DNA of 55,010 nucleotides from Salipiger bermudensis (lineage in GTDB: Archaea > Thermoplasmatota > Poseidoniia > Poseidoniales > Poseidoniaceae). The notes under the pieces were generated by a model. The model was not told the origin of the DNA. It saw only the letters and a program-made list of their open reading frames with translations, and searched no databases. The stretch lies in contig CAXQWT010000116.1 of NCBI GenBank assembly GCA_964227855.1, positions 1 through 55,010 of the forward strand, given 5' to 3'. Made by a program: the position numbers and the translations under genes. This document shows, piece by piece, positions 43,850-50,746 of the stretch (within the stretch, counting starts at the first letter, position 1; the number at the start of each line of letters is the position of its first letter).

Positions 43850-45568
43850 TCACTTGTGATTGACGCCAACCCATGAATCGACGGCGCTGTCAAAATATTC
43901 CCAACCACTGTTGTAGTAAATATTGAGCAAATCAAAGACGTCGTCGTAGTGGGTTAGGTCACGGTCTGCCATTCGCTCAATGGCAGCAGCACGTCGTAGC
44001 ATTTCGTCGTAAATGTCACGTTTGTTGGAAAAACCTGCCATGGCCGCAATCTTGTTTTCTAAAAGGTGAGATTGAAACATACCACGGAAGTAATGCTTGT
44101 CTTTGACAGGGTCCCACTCAAACATACCTCTTGTAAGGACACCATCACTGTGTTTGTTGTAACCAATGACTTCGTCAATTCCCGTAACACGACGAGCAAT
44201 CCCACCACCTGGTGCTTCAACAACTTCTTGGAAAATTGCAAAATTGAGGTTGTCAAAGAAACGAATAGGAACGTTGATTGGATCACCTGTGAAACGTTGA
44301 ATCATTTTCACAATCGATGAGGCGTGGAAGGTTGCGATAACAGGGTGACCTGTTTGCATCGCTTGGAATGCAGTTGCACCCTCAACACCACGAATTTCAC
44401 CAATGATGATGTAACGCGGTCGAGAACGCAGAGCAGCCTTGAGAAGGTCAAACATTTCGACACGTGAGTCTTCGTTCTTTGAGTCACGTGTAACAAGGCG
44501 TTGCCAAATCTTGTGACGAACCTTAACTTCAGGGGTGTCTTCTGCAGAGTAGATTTTGACATTGTGATCGATGAATGGAAGGATAGCGTTGAGCGTCGTA
44601 GTCTTACCTGACGCTGTTTCTCCGGATACCAAGACGGACATCCCATACTCAAGGCAAATCCAGATGTAAGCTGCTTGTTGGGCACTCATGGTACCCCACT
44701 TAATGAGTTGAATAACGGAAATGGTTTCCTCAGCAAATTTACGAATGGTGAACGATGGACCCAACATCGATACGTCGTCTGAGAAAATGATGTTGATACG
44801 TGAACCGTCAAGAAGGGCACCGTCGATGATTGGTTTGTTATCCGATACCGGGCGACCAATACGTTCGGACATGGCACGTAGGTATCGAGAGAGAATCTCA
44901 CGTTCTCTGAAACGGATGTTGGATGTGACCATTCCAAACACTTTGTGATCCATATGGATATGTTTCAGTCCTACAGAGTGGATATCTTCCAGCATCTCGT
45001 CAGAGAGGAGAGTTTCGAGTGGCCCGTTTCGAATCAGGTCACGGATGACGATGTAACGCAAACGTTCTCGCTGTGTTTCAGAAACGACGATACGTTTGTC
45101 GTCAAGTCCAACAAGTTCCCAAATTCGGCCACGTCGGCGTGAAACAATGCTTGCTTCAGCCTCAGAAATCGTGTATCGATCAATCATTTGGCCAAGAATT
45201 GTTTCAAACTCTGAATCTGTGGTAAACGACGGTGCTGAGGGCGCTTCTTGCAACAAGGTTTCAACCAAGTCACGGCGAATGTTCTCTTCTTCTTCGTTGA
45301 GTTGAGGTTCCAAACCAAACCAGAGGACTTGTCCACCTCCCTCCTCATCGCTTGGAGGTTCATAGATGTGTACGAATACAGGTTCCTTTGTGATGTAGAT
45401 GAGATTCAGCGGTCGTTGCTTTTTCGCATCTCTATCGAGAGGACCGTAGTAAATAGGGCGGGTACCGTACCTCTTCTCGAAATCTCGGACCCAATCCGCA
45501 ACGTGGCTGTGAGCAGCCATGACAGAGGCGAGATCGCCTCGTTGAAATTTGAGTTCTTCATCAGCCAT
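43850..45568 (-). CDS. arlI: Archaellum motor/assembly ATPase ArlI (FlaI), type II/IV secretion ATPase family
   Basis: Walker A is SGETASGKTTTLNA. Asp/His-box regions are present (PRYIIIGEIRGVEG...MQTGHPVIATFHA). A GAGGTGA SD lies 4 nt upstream. Confidence 0.93.
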   Translation of the reverse strand: MADEELKFQRGDLASVMAAHSHVADWVRDFEKRYGTRPIYYGPLDRDAKKQRPLNLIYITKEPVFVHIYEPPSDEEGGGQVLWFGLEPQLNEEEENIRRDLVETLLQEAPSAPSFTTDSEFETILGQMIDRYTISEAEASIVSRRRGRIWELVGLDDKRIVVSETQRERLRYIVIRDLIRNGPLETLLSDEMLEDIHSVGLKHIHMDHKVFGMVTSNIRFREREILSRYLRAMSERIGRPVSDNKPIIDGALLDGSRINIIFSDDVSMLGPSFTIRKFAEETISVIQLIKWGTMSAQQAAYIWICLEYGMSVLVSGETASGKTTTLNAILPFIDHNVKIYSAEDTPEVKVRHKIWQRLVTRDSKNEDSRVEMFDLLKAALRSRPRYIIIGEIRGVEGATAFQAMQTGHPVIATFHASSIVKMIQRFTGDPINVPIRFFDNLNFAIFQEVVEAPGGGIARRVTGIDEVIGYNKHSDGVLTRGMFEWDPVKDKHYFRGMFQSHLLENKIAAMAGFSNKRDIYDEMLRRAAAIERMADRDLTHYDDVFDLLNIYYNSGWEYFDSAVDSWVGVNHK

Positions 45569-45577
45569 GATCTCACC

Positions 45578-46303
45578 TCAGCTTACCGCTGTAATATCGA
45601 CAATGAAGCCCATTCCTGGTTCAACTCTCCAGCCAATGGAGGATTGAACAGGACCTGCTGCACGAAGATAACGTGTGACAAGGAGGGTCCGCTTCAAATC
45701 GCCCCCGATCAAATTCGTCGAGAGATCCAGAACAACTTCAGCGCTTGCACGAAGTGAATGCAGTAGTTTAGCATCCATCTCATCTCGGTCGACCATGAGC
45801 ATGAGGCTTCGCCCTGTCGAGGCAATCTTTCTCAAGCGTTGAATCATATCGAAGCGTGCATGATCATTCATGCCATCAGGCATCAATGAACTTGCAGAGT
45901 CAATTACAACAATATCTGCTTCATCAATCGCATCACTGTTGAGAACTTCATCAAGACCGACGTTGGGAATGGGTTCTGCTACGGTACCAAAGCGAGAGAA
46001 AATCATCAGGTTACCATTGGTCAAAGCATCAGTAACACCATAACCAATCGATTCCATTTGTTCAATCCAACCACGTGTTGTCAGTTCTGTCGTAATCACA
46101 AGGACCTTGACTTCATTATGAAGGAGGCCGTGAACAAATCGTTGGCTTACCAGCGATTTACCGGACCCCACTTCTCCTTGAAGCATGATAAGGCTACGAT
46201 TTGGCAACCGTAGACCAAGTGAATCAGCCAAACTGTCCGTTTCAACGTCGTATGGGAAACCATCTTCCACTGGTTTCGGCATTTCATTAAGTCGTTCAAC
46301 CAT
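45578..46303 (-). CDS. arlH: Archaellum KaiC/RecA-like ATP-binding protein ArlH (FlaH)
   Basis: Walker A is LQGEVGSGKSLVSQRF. The ~240-aa length and the position between arlG and arlI support the call. It overlaps the arlG 3' end by 8 nt. Confidence 0.85.
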   Translation of the reverse strand: MVERLNEMPKPVEDGFPYDVETDSLADSLGLRLPNRSLIMLQGEVGSGKSLVSQRFVHGLLHNEVKVLVITTELTTRGWIEQMESIGYGVTDALTNGNLMIFSRFGTVAEPIPNVGLDEVLNSDAIDEADIVVIDSASSLMPDGMNDHARFDMIQRLRKIASTGRSLMLMVDRDEMDAKLLHSLRASAEVVLDLSTNLIGGDLKRTLLVTRYLRAAGPVQSSIGWRVEPGMGFIVDITAVS

Positions 46304-46784
46304 GCAATCGCACCTCCAAGGACATAGAATCCGATCCTCGGTACCCGTTGGTGATTTCAGACGATACTACAACAGTAATCGAAACGTCATCACCCGATTG
46401 ATAGGTCCAACCGGGACTGTTCACGGTGATTTGGAGGAGATGATCTTCATCCCAATCTCCCGTCGAAGGCACCAGGGTAGCGTTGATTGTAGAGGTGACG
46501 GTTTGCCCATCAACAAGAACGACCAATGTTGATGAATCCAACAGAGTCGTTCCAGTATTTTGCACATAGAATGTGATTTCGTTCAGTGTTGTATTCAACG
46601 AGACCATCATCGGATCCCCCGCAAAATCAACACTTGTGGCTTCTTGAACTTCAAGTGCAGCAGTCTCCTCAGCAGTAATTTGAGCCATTCCGCCCCATTG
46701 GTTGATGAGTACAACGCTTACCAATCCAGAAACCAACAATGCTGTTGTCAGGAAGATAAACGATGATGCGCCGCCGTCTGCCAT
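46296..46784 (-). CDS. arlG: Archaellum stator/accessory protein ArlG (FlaG)-like
   Basis: It has an N-terminal hydrophobic helix (ASSFIFLTTALLVSGLVSVVLI) and a beta-rich domain. It occupies the second F/G slot of the operon order B-(C/D/E)-F-G-H-I-J. Confidence 0.65.
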   Translation of the reverse strand: MADGGASSFIFLTTALLVSGLVSVVLINQWGGMAQITAEETAALEVQEATSVDFAGDPMMVSLNTTLNEITFYVQNTGTTLLDSSTLVVLVDGQTVTSTINATLVPSTGDWDEDHLLQITVNSPGWTYQSGDDVSITVVVSSEITNGYRGSDSMSLEVRLHG

Positions 46785-46793
46785 TGAATCCCC

Positions 46794-47453
46794 TCATGCG
46801 AGTGTGTGAGCCCATGTTAGCCCACCTGCGGTAAGTGAAATTCGATCGTATGTCGAAGGACCATCTTCGGACCAGTCGAGGAAGATCGTTTCACCAGGAT
46901 ACCAGTTTGTGCTGTTGTACGAAGGCGTATATGCCGTACCCAAATTCGTCGGCGTCTGCGTCGTTCCTCCATCGAGGAAGAGCCAAACTTCTCGAAGCGG
47001 TAGTGTAACCGAGCCTGTGTTGGTTAGATTGCCGTAAATGTGATTTCCTGTATCGGAACTCAACGAGGCAGTACCGCTGGCACCTGATTGTCCGGAAGGG
47101 TCGACAGAAATAGCGGGAGGGGACGAGTAATTGCCGCGACTGGTGATTGTCACGCTTTCTATTCCTCCTGCTGAATCGACCGTAAATGTTCCAGAGAATC
47201 CGCTACCGGTACCTGTTGCAACCAACGAACCGTTCACATATCCACTTCCATTGTTGTTGATGCTAATGCTCAGCACTGCACCTTCCCACAGAGTTGCGTC
47301 ATCAATTTGGAAGGATGGTAAAGGGTCTCCAGCATCATCGATGATCTCGAGACTGGTATCCAATCGGTTATCGAGCGTTTGCACTGCAAGTGCAAACACC
47401 AACAACAACGAGGTACCAACTACGAGAGCACCAACACCTACTGAAGCGCCCAT
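46794..47453 (-). CDS. arlF: Archaellum stator/accessory protein ArlF (FlaF)-like, enlarged (219 aa)
   Basis: It has an N-terminal hydrophobic helix (VGVGALVVGTSLLLVFALAV) and a beta-rich domain. It occupies the first F/G slot. A GGAGGA SD lies 7 nt upstream. It contains a Gly/Ser-rich insertion. Confidence 0.6.
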   Translation of the reverse strand: MGASVGVGALVVGTSLLLVFALAVQTLDNRLDTSLEIIDDAGDPLPSFQIDDATLWEGAVLSISINNNGSGYVNGSLVATGTGSGFSGTFTVDSAGGIESVTITSRGNYSSPPAISVDPSGQSGASGTASLSSDTGNHIYGNLTNTGSVTLPLREVWLFLDGGTTQTPTNLGTAYTPSYNSTNWYPGETIFLDWSEDGPSTYDRISLTAGGLTWAHTLA

Positions 47454-47456
47454 GCA

Positions 47457-48302
47457 TCATTCCTCCGACTTCGATGTTTGTGAACGCCAAGATTCAACAA
47501 TCGCCGAAAAGGTAAGCAGTTTACGATGTGAGAGATGGTCGTTCAATGCTGATTCCGCTTCTCCAGGTGCAGCCAACTGAACGATGGCGAGGACAGATCG
47601 TCCTTCGTCTTCGCTCAGCATTCCGCTTTGAACGGCTTTCTGAGCAAAGCTCACAGCCGCCATACCAGAGAGATTGTCCAGCAACAATGCAGCAACCATT
47701 GCCGCACCAACGCCATCGTTCGCAGCATGCTCGTAGGAACCCTTTGCTAGGAAAGGATTCGCTGCAAGAGCCTGTGCTTCGTACAACTCAACAAGTCGTG
47801 CTTCGTCAGATTGTCGCAGACGATCTACGCCGCCACCTACAGGGAGAACGTCTCCATCTGCAGTGACAATTGTGTCGCCCTCTGCTCCACTAACCGAAAC
47901 ATCATCGCCTTCTCCACCCGCCTCTGAGGATTCTTCATCCTCTGGAGCAGGTGCAAGATTTGCTTGTTCCATCTTGTGTGAAATCAGTCCAAGCACGTCT
48001 TCGACCATGTCGAGACGGCTACTGATCATACGTTCGAGACCGGATGTATCCACCTGCGCATTAACTGGCGCTGCCGGTTGAGGGGCAAGCGTTGCCGCTA
48101 CAGATGGAACGGATCCAATACTGTTCAATCGTGCTCGAGTCGGACCGGGAGATATGGTCCATGCATCCTCTTCACTCAACTCTCCTTGTTCAGGGAGTGG
48201 CACTTGTTCAATGGCCACATTGGCCATAATCTTCAAGCGCTCTTCTGCGAGTTCAGCGTCTGCGTCCCGGTCGTTCCCTGCACTGCCAAATGGCCATGCC
48301 AT
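47457..48302 (-). CDS. Acidic soluble protein in the ArlC/D/E position of the archaellum operon (assignment tentative)
   Basis: A 281-aa protein with no TM helix, rich in Asp/Glu/Ala. It lies between arlB and arlF. A GGAGGT SD lies 6 nt upstream. The C-terminal region (AMVAALLLDNLSGMAAVSFAQKAVQSGMLSEDEGRSVL) only loosely resembles FlaD/E-type domains. Confidence 0.45.
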   Translation of the reverse strand: MAWPFGSAGNDRDADAELAEERLKIMANVAIEQVPLPEQGELSEEDAWTISPGPTRARLNSIGSVPSVAATLAPQPAAPVNAQVDTSGLERMISSRLDMVEDVLGLISHKMEQANLAPAPEDEESSEAGGEGDDVSVSGAEGDTIVTADGDVLPVGGGVDRLRQSDEARLVELYEAQALAANPFLAKGSYEHAANDGVGAAMVAALLLDNLSGMAAVSFAQKAVQSGMLSEDEGRSVLAIVQLAAPGEAESALNDHLSHRKLLTFSAIVESWRSQTSKSEE

Positions 48303-48355
48303 GGTACAACCTCCTGTGCTTGACCTGCAAGAAGCAAGTCATTGCACAGGCAGAC

Positions 48356-49012
48356 TCAGACCACCACTGCTCCGCGAGAATCGTCGTTGACCTTGAGAAC
48401 GTCGTACGTTGAGCCACCACCAACAACGTGGATATACAAGGAAGCCTTGATGTTCTCGTCGAAGAGGTGAGACGGACTGCAATCCTGGTTGGTGGCAGCA
48501 GTGGCGTCATTGTCGTGAACATCCAAACTTACTCGATATGCAATACCTGCCTCGGCTGTATCAACTTCGACTGCAGGGTCCGTAGCATCATCAAGTGGGA
48601 TAATAATTCCGTTTGGTGGGTTAGCACCATCTGTGAAGTCACCTGCGAGTCGGTCGGTTACCGGACTGCCGCCAGCAGCACCTGTCGTGCCGTCAGGGTC
48701 TTCACAGAAGACTTGCCATAGAATGTCCACTGCTGCAGTATCATCGGAACCAGCAGCGAGGCGGAAGTACAGGATGAATGATTCATCAGGATCGTCAACA
48801 AAGACGTTGAGGATCTGTACCTTTCCGGACATTTCATCCGTGGTATCATCACCTGTGGATTGAGCGTTCTGTTGAAGCTTTTCTGCAGTTTGAATAATGA
48901 CCGCAGCAGCAACAGCAGCAACGAGAATCAGAGCAATGAAGACAATCATTGCACCAATACCGATTGCAGCTAAGTTATCGTTTTCTATTTTCTTTTCTTG
49001 TGTATTCTTCAT
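48356..49012 (-). CDS. arlB: Archaellin (second copy)
   Basis: The sequence MKNTQEKKIENDNLAAIGIGAMIVFIALILVAAVAAAVIIQTAEKLQ shows an archaellin class III signal and hydrophobic N-terminus. A perfect SD (GAGGTGAT, 49017-49024) lies 4 nt before the ATG at 49012. The ORF-track start at 49030 was therefore rejected. Confidence 0.9.
   Translation of the reverse strand: MKNTQEKKIENDNLAAIGIGAMIVFIALILVAAVAAAVIIQTAEKLQQNAQSTGDDTTDEMSGKVQILNVFVDDPDESFILYFRLAAGSDDTAAVDILWQVFCEDPDGTTGAAGGSPVTDRLAGDFTDGANPPNGIIIPLDDATDPAVEVDTAEAGIAYRVSLDVHDNDATAATNQDCSPSHLFDENIKASLYIHVVGGGSTYDVLKVNDDSRGAVVV
48862..48970 (-). repeat. Conserved archaellin N-terminal coding block, copy in the second arlB
   Basis: It aligns with 49553-49661 at roughly 85 percent nucleotide identity by eye. 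This includes a 38-nt identical run (48933-48970 = 49624-49661). Confidence 0.8.
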
Positions 49013-49022
49013 GTTAATCACC

Positions 49023-49697
49023 TCAAACAACGACGTCTCCTACTGCTGGAGAACTACCGTACTGGAGTTCTTCGTATGTGCTACCGCCTGCCTCGACTGT
49101 GAAGAGCATCACGTGATCTGTGTTTGCCGCAGGTGCACATTCTGTAATGTCCATGACAACAACATATGTTGTTCCTGGGTTTAGTGTGAGTGCGACTGGA
49201 GTTGCTGGAATTCCACCATTGGTAGTGTCGCCCGATCTGCCGTCATCGGTATGGACGGTTGCACCAATCAAATCACCTTGAGCGAACACAGTGGAGTCGG
49301 CGTTAGCCCCGGTACCACCAACGGCATTGTCGTCTCCGAGATCCGCACAAATCACCGTGTATCCGATGTCTTCGTTTTCTGTCGGTTCAGAACCTGGTGC
49401 TAGCTCAAAAGTCGCAAACAACTCGTATGTGTCTGCGTTAGCTGCAGTGCCACCAACGGCATTGTCGGCTCCGAGATCAATCGTCTCAATGACGACGTTG
49501 ATCAATGTCAACTTGGTTGACATCTGCTCTTGGGTGTCGTCACCGCTGGCTTGTGCGTTCTGTTGCAGTTTCTCTGCGGTCTGGATAATGACCGCAGCTG
49601 CTACTGCCGCAACAAGAATCAACGCAATGAAGACAATCATTGCACCAATACCGATTGCAGCAAGTTCGTCTTGCTTCGTTTCTTTTTCGGTTTTCAT
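49023..49697 (-). CDS. arlB: Archaellin (first copy)
   Basis: The sequence MKTEKETKQDELAAIGIGAMIVFIALILVAAVAAAVIIQTAEKLQ has an N-terminal 38 aa identical to the second copy after the leader. An AGGTGA SD (49703-49708) lies 5-6 nt before the ATG at 49697. The ORF-track GTG at 49706 lies inside that SD. Confidence 0.9.
   Translation of the reverse strand: MKTEKETKQDELAAIGIGAMIVFIALILVAAVAAAVIIQTAEKLQQNAQASGDDTQEQMSTKLTLINVVIETIDLGADNAVGGTAANADTYELFATFELAPGSEPTENEDIGYTVICADLGDDNAVGGTGANADSTVFAQGDLIGATVHTDDGRSGDTTNGGIPATPVALTLNPGTTYVVVMDITECAPAANTDHVMLFTVEAGGSTYEELQYGSSPAVGDVVV
49553..49661 (-). repeat. Conserved archaellin N-terminal coding block, copy in the first arlB
   Basis: This is the partner of 48862-48970. 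The tandem paralogues have a conserved N-terminus and divergent C-terminal domains. Confidence 0.8.
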
Positions 49698-49753
49698 TTT
49701 TTTCACCTTTTTTTACTCGTCCTCCCTCATCCGAGGGTGGAATGGGATGTGGG

Positions 49754-50746
49754 TCAAAGAGCACCTCCATGACCCAAGTCAATACGAAGTGGAATCCGAA
49801 TGATAGCCACTTCATCAGGCGTTAGCCTACTAACGAATGGCACCTTATCGGCAGTAAAGCCAGGTGGCATCCATGGTTGAATGAGTACATCGGCGAGCGG
49901 TTCCATTGAACGGTTTTGTGCACGAACTGTTACTGTCACGTTACCATTCCTCATTTCATACCCGGTCGCAATTGAAAGTTTTCTTGAAAGTGGGATTTCA
50001 TCAGCCCCGTGACGTCGGTCAGCATGAATCTCGAAGCGAACCGGCAAATTACCTCCAGGTCCAATCACCGGTACGTCAATGAAAGAAGGCTTGGCAGTCC
50101 ATCCTTCTGGAACAGGAGGAGCAAGTCGCATCATTGGAAGAGGGAGATCACCATCGTTGATGATACGAACCAGAAGGATACCGGTTTCTCCACCAGCAGG
50201 CCATCGAGTATCGACAGAGAGCCAGAAATGGCGGAAGAGGAATGGATTGAGTGTCGATGAGTTGCCTCCGATAAGATCGTCAACGAGGTACTCAACTTCG
50301 GTAGCAGCATAACCGACATCACCGATTTCTGCAGCACCAGTAGCATTACGGAGTCGGCGCAGGACGTTTTCAACCTCTTCTTCTGCAAGTGCCTTTTCTC
50401 GCAACAATCGATGCAACATGGCAATACTTCTTCGCAGGTAAAGAACATCCTCTTCGAGGACGTTCAGTGCCTTTTCAGCACGACGTACACTCTTTCGGGC
50501 TCGACGAAGTCGATGGGTTTCTAGGAACGTCTTGGCTTGGAGCAGGTCGAGTTCGGTTGTGGCGAGTGAGTTCACTTCGTCACTAACAACATTCTGAACC
50601 AGTGATTCCAGTTCTCGACTAGCTTGCATCAAGCGTTCCGCACTTTCATTGGATGCAACAATCGCTGCCTGTGCATCAGTAAGGTCTCCCTCGTCCAACT
50701 CTGAGTCCATGATGTAGTCATCTTGTTCAGACTTGCTCTTCGCCAT
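49754..50746 (-). CDS. Hypothetical cytoplasmic protein: acidic N-terminus, coiled coil, then beta-sandwich (CARDB/NEW3-like) domains
   Basis: A 330-aa protein with no TM helix. A heptad-like region runs LLQAKTFLETHRLRRARKSVRRAEKALNVLEEDVLYLRRSIAMLHRLLREKALAEEEVENVLRRL. The C-terminal half has LLVRIINDGDLPLP...PVRFEIH-type strands. A perfect SD (GGAGGTGAT, 50752-50760) lies inside the 3' end of the upstream gene, with a 20-nt overlap. Confidence 0.7.
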   Translation of the reverse strand: MAKSKSEQDDYIMDSELDEGDLTDAQAAIVASNESAERLMQASRELESLVQNVVSDEVNSLATTELDLLQAKTFLETHRLRRARKSVRRAEKALNVLEEDVLYLRRSIAMLHRLLREKALAEEEVENVLRRLRNATGAAEIGDVGYAATEVEYLVDDLIGGNSSTLNPFLFRHFWLSVDTRWPAGGETGILLVRIINDGDLPLPMMRLAPPVPEGWTAKPSFIDVPVIGPGGNLPVRFEIHADRRHGADEIPLSRKLSIATGYEMRNGNVTVTVRAQNRSMEPLADVLIQPWMPPGFTADKVPFVSRLTPDEVAIIRIPLRIDLGHGGAL

